DNA from: the human T2T-CHM13v2.0 reference genome, Homo sapiens
DNA length: 64,000 nucleotides
Direction: 5' to 3'
Assembly: GCA_009914755.4 (NCBI GenBank)
Contig: CP086569.2
Location: 18,304,001 to 18,368,000 of the forward strand
Positions 26,816 through 46,907 of this stretch are shown in pieces. Each line of letters opens with the position of its first letter. The first letter of the stretch is position 1. The notes under the pieces were generated by a model, which searched no databases, was not told the DNA's origin, and saw nothing but the letters and a program-made list of their open reading frames with translations. Both the position numbers and the translations under genes were made by a program.

Positions 26816-28261
26816 AAAAGTTTCACTGTTTATAGCTTTCTTGGGGAAGAAAACACATGCACAAATTCTGATGTTAGGAATATTTTAAGCATATATCTTC
26901 AATATTATTCATCCAGGACCAAAGTAAGTCCTGATGCAGGAAATCAGTGAGTTTCACAGCTTTCTCAGACCCTACTTGACCCAGGAAGCCCAGCTGTAAC
27001 CTCCTCTCAAAATAACTTTAAAAATTGTTCTATTGGAGTAGAGAAAAGAAAACAAAACTTCTAGGATTCTCATGAAAATCAAATGTGTTAAAAATTGCTA
27101 AACATTTTGTTTTCAGTCAAAAGAACTTATTTATTTACAGCTATTTGTAACTTTTAACAAGTGAGTAAAATATACTCTTGTAAACAAAATTTGAAGCATA
27201 TTTGTTCCTATCTGATTTCTCTGTAATTTGGAAACTGTTAGTAAATATTCACAATTTATAGCAGTTTAGTTATTTGTGTAAGTACAATTAGAATGTTTTC
27301 TTTTGTAACAGGACACGACAGGGAAAAACTAATTATTTTACCAAGGCTTTCAATGAAATGGTATGCTTTCTTTAACTAATTAAAGTTGACTTATAAAGCC
27401 AACAAAAGTCACTGGGGAATCTGGCTTCATACCTTGTCCACAAAGAGTCCCTGTACAGCATTCCTGACCTGTGGTAAGTAAAAATTGTCACTTACTAATA
27501 GGCCCAGGAACCCCAAGTTATCTTGGGACCTCAAGAGGAAAGAAATTTATCTAACTCATAGGTACTTGAGGGTACAAATCCATTGCTAGGCTCAGCTTTT
27601 AAAAGGTCTTATCTGAGATTCTTCATGAAATAGAATTATATCAAAGCTAATTTAAAATGCCTAAGTAAAAAATAATTATCCTTGATGAACTTTATGCAAA
27701 TAATTAGCCAAGTACAATAAAATTGAAGTTTATTTTATAAAGAAAACAGTTCTATCATGATTTGTTTTTAATAAAAAATGGGACTGGAAAAAGAAAAATT
27801 ACACTTTAAAAGAAAAACTATAGTAAGCGTTTGTTAGCTGTTCTTGAAGTTTTTTTCTGAAGTTAAGACTAAATTCTAAATTATATATTGTTTGGAAGTC
27901 ACCAAACTAATGCTTTCAACTCTTTGCTTTTGAAATTGGGAATTGTAGTCCTCATCGTAGGACTCATTATTTATAATATACTAGACTGTTCACTTAAACC
28001 CTGCAGTAAAACTATAGATAAAAGTACTAATGATTCTGCCATGCAAGTCTTGGAAGCCCTGTCAGGCCTGCATGAGTACACTCAGACAGTAGCAAAGTGG
28101 TTCTACTCTTCTCAACTTGGGGTTCACTACTCTTCCCACTAAGTCGCCTGTCAGCAGGAAGAACCAAAGCTATCGATGACTTTTTCCCATCTCCATAGCC
28201 TACACCTAAAAATTAAGGTGTTACAAAACTCAAAGGGAGGGATTGAAGCCACGTTTGCAAG

Positions 28262-28583
28262 CTGTACGTGGTGGCTCACACCTGTAATCCCAGCATTTTG
28301 GAAGGCCGAGGTGGGCAAATCACAAGGTCAGGAGATTGAGACCATCCTGGCAAACATGGTGAAACCCCATCTCTACTAAAATACAAAAAAATTAGCCAGA
28401 AGTGGTGGTGCACACCTGTAGTCTCAGCTACTGGGAAGTCTGAGGCAAGGGAATTGCTTGAACCCAGGAGGCGGAGGTGGCAGTGAGCTGAGATTGTGAC
28501 ACTGTACTTCAGCCTGGTGACAGAACAAGAGACCATCTCAAAAAAAAAAAAAAAAAGAAAGAAAGAAGAAAGAAAAAAGAAAA
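28262..28583 (+). mobile_element. Alu (5' end slightly degenerate) with long A/GAAA tail, inserted about 20 bp inside the start of the 28.6 kb LTR copy (TSD tttgcaa)
   Basis: gctgtacgtggtggctcacacctgtaatcccagcattttggaaggccgaggtgggcaaatcacaaggtcaggagattgagaccatcctggcaaacatggtgaaaccccatctctactaaaatacaaaaaaattagccag...cagcctggtgacagaacaagagaccatctcaaaaaaaaaaaaaaaaagaaagaaag. Confidence 0.85.
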
Positions 28584-29290
28584 GGCCTTTGCAAAATTAT
28601 GACTGAGATAGTGAAAGAGATCTGACTTAACTGAACTCATCTTGCTTCTAACTTCGAAGTTGTCCTTTTTCATTCCTGGGCATAGGCTAAACTAACTTTG
28701 GGAGAAACTTAGTTTATGGTTTAAACAAACACTCTAACAGCCCCTTCCCAAAGCAGAATTTCTTCTTGCCTGCAGACTAAATTAGCTTTGCAGAACTAAC
28801 ATTAGCCGCAAAATTAGAAATTATGGCTTCAGAGTCATGTAGCTGGAGGCTACAAAACTCTGACCCTCCCTAAACTGCTCCTAAGATCTGTGTTTGAGAT
28901 ATTTTGCAGATCTTACACTTGATGAACAGCTGGCCCCACCCAGATCAATAAACTGGCTCATCTGATCTTGTGGCCCCCACCTAGGAACTAACAAGGCAGG
29001 AAGACAGCTTTGACTCCGTGTGATTTCATCTCTGACCAATCAGAACTCCTGGTTCAATGGCTTCCTCCAACCCCACCAAGTTGTCCTTAAAAACTCTGAT
29101 CCCTGTATACTCAGGGAGATTGATTTGAGTAATAATAAAACTCCAGTCTTTCGCACAGCTGGCTCTGCATGAGGTTCTCTTTCTGTATTGCAATTCTCCC
29201 GTCTTAATGAATCAGCTGTGTCTAGGCAGCAGGAAAGGTTGAACACCTTGATCAGTTACAGGTTCAGCAAATAGATCAGGTGACTTCATG
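28584..29290 (+). mobile_element. ERV LTR, unclassified family, copy 2 (homologous to 14900-15600)
   Basis: gcctttgcaaaattatgactgagatagtgaaagagatctgac...gcagaactaacattagccgcaaaattagaaattatggcttcagagtcatgtagctggaggctacaaaactctgaccctccctaaactgctcctaagat...cacccagatcaataaactggctcat...tctgaccaatcag...gtccttaaaaactctg...gagtaataataaaactccagtctttcgcacagc...cttaatgaatcagctgtgtctaggcagcagg. Confidence 0.55.
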
Positions 29291-30206
29291 ATTATTTTAG
29301 CTGTAAAACTTTGTTCTATTCTATCTGAAAAGTTTTTAGTCACAATAAAGTCAAGGGAGGTTTTCATGATCAATGGACTCTTTCTATACTTTTCAAAAAT
29401 CAAGTTGGTTCAATGACTACAATTTAGTGGGGGAACTCTTTACAATACAGAAATTATTAATGACCTGTTACATATGTACTCATGTTACACTATTGCCAGT
29501 GATATAGATGCTCTGAAATACACTTCTTAACTTAAACTAAGTCCTGCAATGTTTCATCTCTGCTCTGATTTGTGCCATAATTATTTTTGAACAAAGAGAG
29601 ATAAGCAGAACTCTGAGCTGTTAAATCCCTTAGATAGATTCACAGCCCAATGTATCCTTAAAGAAAGGGAAATAGGATCTGATGAAGATGTGTATTGGTC
29701 CTACATCAGCAGGTATAATTCACAGAAGCAATACCGGAAATGCTGTTGCCTGGCTTCTAACCCAGTAAGATTTCCAAAGCTCTCCTTAATACAACAGACC
29801 TGCTTCAACATCTGGCCACTTAATCTGTAGCTCATATATCGACATCATCTCAGCTAAGCCATGCAGTAGAGAAAGGCTCAATTATGCTTCTCAGCTTGGC
29901 TGCACCTTGGAATAACTTGGAAGGTTTGGAAAAAGAAATGCCTCCAAAAAGAGTCCATATATCAGAGACTTACTTAGGTGTTTAGAAATACGCTCGTGAA
30001 AATGCAAAATTTGAAATATTCCAAAGTGGTGCCAATGTGCAGGTAAATTCAAGAACGAATACTCTATGTATTCTTAGAAATGTGGGATCTATGGTCTCCC
30101 ATGATGCATTTTGCATGGGCTTTCACTATTTTTATGCGTTCATTGAGCATGATACTTTATCTAAGCACGGTGCATGTTAATATGCATTGTAAAGGAAGTT
30201 GCATAG

Positions 30207-33209
<3,003 letters not shown>

Positions 33210-34508
33210 GTCTTACCTTCAACATGCACTGGCAAAAACTCTCCCTGCCTTCTCCATTGGGAATGCCATATGAGACAACGGCCAGCAGGTGGCGATGTTT
33301 ATTTGACTTGCTAAGAAGGGAAATTTTCCATAAAAATCTGGCATCTCCATGTGACCCCCTCAATGGCTTTGCTTTGTTTTGTTTTAACTACAGCTGCAGT
33401 TGCAAACGCCTGAAGATGGTCAATTATCCATAACAAGCATTCATACTTGAGGTGCTGAAACCACAACTTTTTCATGGTATTTGCTCAGATCATGCAAGTG
33501 CTTCAATCGTGTATTTTTTTCAATATTCTGGTGCCATGAAAATATAAATACCTAAATGAAGTCTTTCCAGACAGGTATTTGGTGATGGGCATTGATTGCA
33601 GAAAAGGAGCATTCTCCAAAAAAGATGCTAAGGGGGAGAGCAAGTAAAACTTTTGGGAAGAAATATTTACCTGGGTGTGACAAAGGGAGTTGAACCAAAC
33701 TGAAAAGAATTGTATTTCACCTAGTTATGTTAATGGACCCTTCAGTGAATTAAACATTATTTTTAATTTCTGCACACTTAAAAAATTGAATACCACCACA
33801 AAAATGGGGGAAAAGAATTAGATTTTCACCCATCAGAGATGAATTTGAAATGCTAATATGACCACGCTAGAACTAGGAAAAATACATAACCAGGAATATT
33901 TCTGGAGCATTCACTTAGTTTCCCATTCAGTGAAATGGTTATAGACAACACTGTAATTCATATTGGCTGGATTTTTCTTCCACACATATCAGTACAGGCA
34001 TTAGACTATTAATTGAGTACTTCGTTCATTCGTTGAAGCTAGATCTAGTGCCCACTGTGCGGTAAAGACTGCACACTGTGTAGCCCTTCACAGACTAAAG
34101 TAGATTACTTTCAGTTTTTTCTAGAAGTTGTTCTCCCACCTTTGGTGCTAGATCTAAAGTCACCTACCCCTTGATTTCTATTCCCTTCTCCATGTTAATA
34201 AATATTCCCGACATTTGAAAATTTATGGAGAGAAACTACAACTTCACTCAGACTAATTCTTTTAAGGACACGCATTTGTCCTTAAAATGCATTTGAACAT
34301 TCTACTGAATGCCAGCAATTTAAACTCAGGGTTTTAAGCAGATTAACTTGAAGCCCTTCTTCTTTATGAAATAAAAAGTTTAGCCTTCTAGCTTACACTT
34401 AGGATGTAGACAGCTGTCAAGAAGATCATTGCTCCTGCAATAAAGGCAAAATGAAGGACATATCAGAAATGAATTCAAATTTTCCTGAATCTGTTAGAAA
34501 ACCACAGT

Positions 34509-35452
<944 letters not shown>

Positions 35453-36339
35453 GAATCAGCCTGGAATACAAGGAAAGGCAGGTGTTTCTAAGGTGAGATA
35501 GGATGTGTGCACATCTTGCCATGAACAGACATGGAAAACACCCAAATGGATAAGACACATGCAAATAAAGTATCAAAGGGCTTGACAGTGGACTAGGGTG
35601 AAGTTATAGGATGTCTGGGAGACATGGCCATAAGAGAAATTTGCAGCTTTCACTGAGTCTTCACAAAATTTTCCTGGTACCTACAAGGGAGACTGGGGAC
35701 AGGTTGAGAGAACTGAAGAAGCACCCTCAAGATGATGTCTGGGGAGAATTGAACAGCAGTGGAGGAGACTCTTCTCCATGGGTCTCTTGTCCTCCATATC
35801 TTATGGGTGTGATAAGAAAGAATGACAGGCTCCGACCACCCTTTACCCGGAGCATTTCTCATGGTTGTTGTTCTACTCCCTGTTCAACCTTGAAGGAGGA
35901 GGTGACATATTCCTCCAGGACAAGAGCAGGCTCTGCTTATTGGGGGTTACAAAGTGGTAGAGTTTTCCCAAGTTCTGTGTATCCCTCTTGTAATGCAGCC
36001 CACGGCAGGTGTAGGTTCCTATCCAAGTTCATCCGCAGCACCCCTTTGTGATACTGATAAAAAAAGGTTGATGTTCTGGCAACGACTTTGCTGGAAGCAA
36101 GTTCCTCTATTCTTCGACCTAAAAGTTCTGTGTCTTCTGCCAGCATCCATAGAATTGCAGCAAGCTATTTTATTAACTTACAAACAGGATATACTCCCAG
36201 ACTCCTCATAGTTCTTGATGGGTGGCCATTGTGAGAAAGGCAGGAAGCCTCTCCTGGCTTGCAGTTTGCAAGTGAAACAAAAGCCTTTAGCTTCAGGAAA
36301 TCCTGTGTAGCTGAAGATACTATAAAGCCTTAAGAAAAT

Positions 36340-37330
36340 AATAATAATAATTTTATTATGTATTATACTATATATAATGAATATTATATACAATATACAC
36401 AGTTGATCCTTGAATAACATGAGTTTAAACTATGAAGATCTACTTATCAATGGATTTCAGTATGCTGTTAGTTAAGTTTTAGGGGATTTAAAATACGTGA
36501 ACTATTTTTGAGATTGAGTCTCACTCTGTCACCCAGGGTGGAGTGCAATGGTGCACTTTTGGCCAACGGCAACATTCCTCTTCTGGGATCAGTAAAGTTT
36601 CCTGTCTCAGCCTCTTGAGTAGCTGGTTACAGGCATGTGCCACCATGCCTGGATACTTTTTGTATTGTTAGTAGAGGGTTTCAACACGTTTCACCATGTT
36701 GGCCAGGCTGGTCTTGAACTTCTGACATGAAGCAAACATTCACGTTGGCATACCAAAGTGCTAGGATTCTAAGCATGATCCACCATGCCCAGCCTACATA
36801 TGAACTTTTAACTGTACAAGGGATTGGTGTCCCTAAGCCTCACCTTGTTCAAGGGTCAACTGTATACAATTATATATATAATATAATCATATGTAATATA
36901 TATTATATAATTGCATATAATGCATTATGGATACTATATATAGTTATACATATATGATGTATATTATACATTATATTCTATATCATATATAATATATTTA
37001 AGTAGGTAATATATAATGTATATTTTATAACATATAATTAATATTTTGTTAATTTTTAATATAACATACTATGTAATATATACCTGTATCTGTCACCTAT
37101 CTCTCTGTGTATTATCAAAGTATCAAATCTATCATCTACGTATCTTCTATGTATCATCTATATATCTATCATCTATCTATTATCTATTGATCTATATATC
37201 TATTATCTATCTGCTATCTATCTTTCCTATATCTATCTATGATGTATCTATTTCTCTATTATCTATCTATCTCTGTATCTCTGTATCATCTATATCATCT
37301 ATCTATCTATCTATATCTCTCCATGCTAGT
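36340..37330. repeat. AT-rich simple-repeat block: (TAA)n/(TATA)n-like 36340-36420 and 36840-37090; imperfect (TATC)n/(ATCT)n tetranucleotide microsatellite 37090-37320
   Basis: ctatcatctatctattatctattgatctatatatctattatctatctgctatctatc...catctatctatctatctatatctc; ORF 37046-37384 is translation of this repeat. Confidence 0.85.
36505..36793 (-). mobile_element. Alu (diverged, AluJ-like)
   Basis: tttttgagattgagtctcactctgtcacccagggtggagtgcaatggtgcac...gtctcagcctcttgagtagctggttacaggcatgtgccaccatgcctgg...gtttcaccatgttggccaggctggtcttgaacttctgac...caaagtgctaggattctaagcatgatccaccatgcccagcc. Confidence 0.8.
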
Positions 37331-37812
37331 GAGATGATGAGAAGATTACTTCACTTCTGTAATATTCTTTCCAGCATCCCCTAACCCCATTCTTATAATA
37401 AGACAAACAACAGACAAATCTGGCATTGGAAATATTCCACAGACTACTTGAAAAGTATTCAAGACTGTTGAGGTCACGATAAAGCAAGAGAAGGCTGAGA
37501 AACAGCCACAAACAAGTGGAGATGGGGGAGAGGTGAAAAGTAAGTGCAGCGTGATCTTTCACTGGGATCCTGTGACAGAAAAAATATCATTCACAAAATG
37601 CTGGTGGAATCTGCCTAAAGCCTGAGGTGTGCTTAAGAGTGCTTTATCAGTGGTATCGGATTCTTAGCTTTGGAAAGTACACCATAACCACATTAGATGT
37701 TAATAATGAGAGGAACTGGATGAGAGTTGTACAGGGACTTCCTGCACTCTATGGCAATCATTCAATCAAGCCTATTTTAAAAATTCCATCTTAAGAAATG
37801 CACAGTCTGGGC

Positions 37813-38534
<722 letters not shown>

Positions 38535-39639
38535 TCAACATCTTTAGTTAAAGAAATGGAAATTACAACCACAGGGAAATATTACTACACATGAGTGAGA
38601 AGGTCTAAAATTTAAATCAACATACAAGAACAAAAATACTGAAGCAAAACCCTAACAATATGAGTGTCAGTGAGGAGGTGGAGTAGCAGAGAAACTTTCT
38701 ATGTTAGTGATGGGAATGCAGAATGGCACAGGCACAGGAAAACAGAGCAGTGGCTTCTTATGAAACTAAACATGTAAGTACTATTGAAACAGGTGAGTTC
38801 CCTGACCTTCCTTGTGGGATGTGTAACAGGGGTGTGACATGTCTCTTCATCTGCTGCTGCTCAAACCCCTTCTGGGAAGAGGACCATGCAGACAGGCAGG
38901 CACAGGAGCTGGGGTGAGTGACTTTGGGCCCTGATCCCATGGTAGCATCCAGCGGTGGGTACCTGCCACTCCTGAAGCCCCAGTGGGTGTGTTACAGTGC
39001 TCTTTTAGCTTTGCCATCCACAAATGGCTTATGTTTTAGCCATCTTAGTGCCCTGGTACCCAGGTTCTTGTCTGGCATCCAGGAAAAATCAGGGCACACA
39101 GACAATTTGGAGAATGGTAAATATGGGGTATTTTATTGCTAGATGGAGGTGGCTATCAGTGAGATGAATGGGGAGATGGAAAGGGGATGGAGAGGGAAGA
39201 TGATCTTCCCCTTGAGTTTGGCCATCCTGTGGCTAACCTCTCTGACTGCCCCTGGTCGAACTCTAAATATTTAGCTACTCCTTCTCTTCCCTCCTCTGCT
39301 ATGCCACTCTTCTGCTGCTCTGCTCCTCTGCTTGTAGAGCCTGGAGTTTATATGGGTACAGAACAGGGGGGTGTGTTGAGCCAAAAGGCAACATTTGGGT
39401 GTGAAAACAGGAATGCCTGTTCCTGTTTAGGGCCATGGGTTTCCAGGCTTGAGGGTGGGACTTTTGTTGGGTAATCACCCTCTTGAACCCAGTATTTCCC
39501 TCTCTCCCGTCCATATCATTACCTGACTCAACAGGACCCAGAAGTCTCTTCCTAAGTGTTACCAAAGAGAAATGAAAATTAATGTTCATTTTAAAAAAAG
39601 CCTGGTACTGAGCATTTATTGTTGCTTTAGTTGTAATCA

Positions 39640-40075
39640 TTAAAAACTGGAAACAACACAGATGTCCTTTCAAAGATGAGAGGGTTAAGTAAAAGAAAAT
39701 AAAACTGTAGTACATGTACAGAATGAAACACTATCCAGCAACAAGAAAGAAATGAATTGCTGATACATACAACAATGGGGGAAATCTCAACTGTATTAAC
39801 CTACATGAAAAAAGCCATTGTAAATAGGGTGCATATTGTGTTACCCAGTTATAAAATATTCTGGAAAATGCACTATACAAACAGACTAGTGGTTAGATTA
39901 GTAGCACTTGAAGGCTGACGAGACAGAAAGGTTGATGACAAAAGGTCAAAGAATGATGTGTAGTTTGAGGCACTACTTTATGCACAGATTATGTTGTCAA
40001 TATGCTTACTATTTTCATCAAAACTTGCAAAACCCTACAAAAAAAAGAATGAGTTTTACTTTATATATAAGATAA
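39640..40075 (+). mobile_element. Ancient L1 (L1PB/L1MA-like) ORF2 C-terminus / 3' end fragment
   Basis: aactggaaacaacacagatgtcctttcaaagatgagagggttaagtaaaagaaaataaaactgtagtacatgtacagaatgaaacactatccagcaacaagaaagaaatgaattgctgatacatacaacaatggg... parallels ...aactggaaacaacccaaatgtccttcaacaggtgaatggataaacaaactgtggtacatccatacaatggaatactactcagcaataaaaaggaacgaactattgatacacgcaacaac.... Confidence 0.6.
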
Positions 40076-40565
40076 TCACAATTATTTTTAAAATCATCAT
40101 TGTGAGAACACACATAAGAAACATATGAAACATAAAACAGGTGTCAGGCTTGCAGAAATAAAATTTAGAATATTAGATTTTCCACAATTCCCTTTGTGAG
40201 TGAGAAAGCACGATTCATTTTCAGCATAGAAGAGAAAACCAAAGCTCAGAGCAGTTTGACCACAAGTCCTCAGTCACACAACTGAGAAATGCTCAAATGC
40301 TCAAAAGTCAATACCTTTCTGAGTATCTCTCTGCAGTTCTTAATTTCTGGCACAATCATAAAGCTTTGGGGGAAAACATAAAAGCAGAGAGCTCAAAGGG
40401 TAGTGAAACGGCAACTCACAACACATTTGTTATTAAAAAAGCTAATTAGTCATATTTCTTTCACATTACATGGGGCTGTAAGACTGTCAGCACTCGTGAT
40501 AACAAAAAATTTATTCACAGACTTGAGGAGAATAAAAATGCCTCAGATGAAATGTATGGTTTTTT

Positions 40566-40698
40566 TTGTTAATTTTTGTAGGTACATAGTAGTTGTATCT
40601 ATTTATGGGTTACGTGAGATATTTTGATACAGGCATACAATGTGTAATAACAAACATCAGGGCAAATTGGGTACCACACCCTCAATTATTTGTCATTT
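40566..40698 (-). mobile_element. Old L1 3'UTR-end fragment in antisense (poly-T at 40561-40567), abutting a sense L1 3' fragment
   Basis: tttttttgttaatttttgtaggtacatagtagttgtatctatttatgggttacgtgagatattttgatacaggcatacaatgtgtaataacaaacatcagggcaaattgggtaccacaccctcaa = reverse complement of L1PB/MA 3'UTR tail (...ttgaggtgatggatatcc...acattgtatgcatgtatcaaaatatcacatgtaccccataaatatgtacaattattatgtatcaataaaaa). Confidence 0.55.
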
Positions 40699-40699
40699 G

Positions 40700-40945
40700 T
40701 GTCCAGTTATTTGCAACAACATGGATGGAACTGGAGGTCATTATGATAAGTGAACTGAGACAGATGCAGAAAAACAAACTTTGTATATTCTTGTTTATTT
40801 ATTAGAGCTGAAAATCAAAACAATTGAACTATGGAGATAGAGGGTAGAAAGATGGTTACCAGAGCCTGAAAAGGGTAGTTGGGGGGTTGTTTAATGGGTA
40901 CAAAATATAGTTAGAAATAATGAAACCTCTAGTATTTAATGAACT
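40700..40945 (+). mobile_element. Old L1 ORF2-end/3'UTR fragment in sense, directly adjoining the antisense fragment (inverted pair)
   Basis: ttgcaacaacatggatggaactggaggtcattatgataagtgaactgagacagatgcagaaaaacaaactttgtatattcttgtttatttattagagctgaaaatcaaaacaattgaactatggagatagagggtagaaagatggttaccagagcctgaaaagggtagttggggggttgtttaatgggtacaaaatatagttagaaataatgaa (cf. FATTWMELEAIILSE...; ...gtagaatggtggttaccagaggctgggaagggtag...gttaatgggtacaaaattacagttagatagaa). Confidence 0.55.
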
Positions 40946-42547
40946 TTATATGGCCTTTCAGCAAACAGATGCTAAACATACCACTTATATGGCCTTTCAG
41001 TGAACTGACCCTAAACTTAACATTTTAGAAGGGAATGTGCACCTTAAAGGGTTATATGAACCTGACTTTCAAGTTCTCCAGTGTTGGGACTGTATCTAAT
41101 TCATCTACTTATCCAACTATATTAGTTTTAGGCATCTATTTAGGTGTGTTATTTGTAGTGTCCTGAAAAAGGCAGTTTTGTGGTAAAGGTTTTCCTTAGT
41201 TTTCTAGGTTTAGTGGCAGAACCCCTTTGCATTTGATTAATATTTTTCTACCAGCTGGGATGACTATGGAATAGCTGTGCATTGAGGCTAAAAGAACTTG
41301 TGATTCAAAAGACAGAAAGGTACACAAGCCCTGTTATCTTGGTATTCCAGAAGTAGCAATTCAGTGAATTTAGATAAACAATGACAGGTTGAGCATTTTG
41401 TAAATTGTCATTCCTGAGATCAGTGGGAACCGTCCACTCTAGGGACCCCAGCCTTTATATGTAGTCTTACTTTTAAAAAAGTCATCAATCCTGGCTTTTT
41501 AGCTGATGGAAAAAAAAATCCAGCTAGTTTTCTGGTATCCATACTATAATTCCCAAAAAGATGGAATATATTTAGAATATGCTTATAATATTCTTTCAAC
41601 ACTGAAATTACGATTACAACAGGACAATCTTCATGTAGAGTCTCATTCCATAGCTACTTTCTCCTTGGTTTTTCATTTACATCAGATTCTAATATTAAAC
41701 AGACTTTAAATTTGTCATTCAACAGGACACAGAAGCAAATGCAGTTCTCTCAGTAATCAGCATTATGAGATTTTTTTTCTTACAAAGAGGCTAGTGCTTA
41801 TATAAAGATGGCTGAAGAATATTTTTTCTAAAAAACCAGCTGAAAAAAAGTCGTTAAGGCCCCAGTAGAATTCAAGTACAGGATTAAGTCAAACAGCCAA
41901 ACACACTCCTACATGGATAAACTGTTGAATCACATTCAGTGAAACCTGAAACAATAAACAAAAAGTCTCTCTAATGTTCTAAAGTAGTACCACAAATTAA
42001 CTCTCCCTATGTATACTTAGTAAACCTGATGCATCATGTCATTAGTTAACATTTGTGCATTTTGTTGTTTATGTGCTATACTTTAAAGAAAAAAGCAACC
42101 AAAATAAAAATACATTACAAACTATGCTGTTTCTTTATAATCAACTTTTTCCTTCATCTCCCCTGGCATTTTGTGGTATGACAGTCATTTTAAAAGTACC
42201 ACTAAATTTGTGACTTCTTTAAAAAAAAACTTTAAATTCTAGGATACATGTGCACAACATGCAGGTTTGTTACATAGGTATACATGTGCCATGTTGGTTG
42301 GCTGCATTAAACAACTCGTCATTTACACTAGGTATTTCTCCTAATGCTATCCCTCCTCCAGACACCCTACCCCCTATAAGGCCCTGGTGTGTGATGTTCC
42401 CCACCCTGTGTCCATGTGTTCTCACTCAGCTCCCACCTGTGAGTGAGAACATGCCATGTTTGGTTTCCTGTGTTTGTGATAGTTTACTTAGAATGATGGT
42501 TTCCAGCTTCATTCATGTCCCTGCAAAGGACAGGAACTCATCCTTTT

Positions 42548-46300
<3,753 letters not shown>

Positions 46301-46517
46301 CATTTACATTTAAGATTAATATTGTTATGTTTGAATTTGATCTTGTCATTATGATTTAGCTGGTTATTTTGCCATTAATTGATGCAGTTTCGTCATACAG
46401 TTGATGGTCTTTACCATTTGGCATGTTTTTGCAGTGGCTGGTACCAGTTGTTCCTTTCCGTGTTTAGTGCCTCTTTCAGGAGCTCTTGTAAGGGAAGCTT
46501 GGTGGTGACAAAATCTA

Positions 46518-46907
46518 TCAGCATTTGCTTGTCTGAAAATTCTTTTCTTTAAGAATGTTGAATATTGGCACCCACTCTGTTCTGGCGAGTAGGGTTTCTG
46601 CTGAGAGATCTGCCGTTAGTCTCATGGGCTTTCCTTTGTGGGTAACCCAACCTTTCTCTCTGGCTGACCTTAACATTTTTCGCTTGATATCAACCTTGGT
46701 GAATCTGACAATTATGTGTCTTGGGGTTGCTCTTCTTGAGGAGTAGCTTTGTGCTCTTCTCTGTATTTCCTGAATTTGAATGGTTGCCTGCCTTGCTAGA
46801 TTGGGAAAGTTATCTAGGATAATATCTTGAAGATTGTTTTTTAACTTGGTTCCACTGTTCTCATCACTTTCTGGTACACCAATCAAATGTATATTTTGTC
46901 TTTTCAC
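46518..46907 (-). pseudogene. L1 ORF1p C-terminal half remnant
   Basis: [125 protein letters not shown] matches L1 ORF1p (...KRPNLRLIGVPESDGENGTKLENTLQDIIQENFPNLARQANIQIQEIQRTPQRYSSRRATPRHIIVRFTKVEMKEKMLRAAREKGRVTHKGKPIRLTADLSAETLQARREW...). Confidence 0.8.

Noticed and set aside
35611-36051. 146-aa plus-strand ORF and overlapping ORFs in a unique stretch
   Set aside because: No recognisable domain, no codon-usage or splice context I can verify, and overlapping antisense ORFs of similar length exist. Consistent with chance ORFs in about 50% GC DNA. Left as unannotated.
37046-37384. 112-aa plus-strand ORF (MLIFNITYYVIYTCICHLSL...SIYLSISL...)
   Set aside because: It is a translation of the (TATC)n/(ATCT)n microsatellite and AT-rich repeats; low-complexity artefact.
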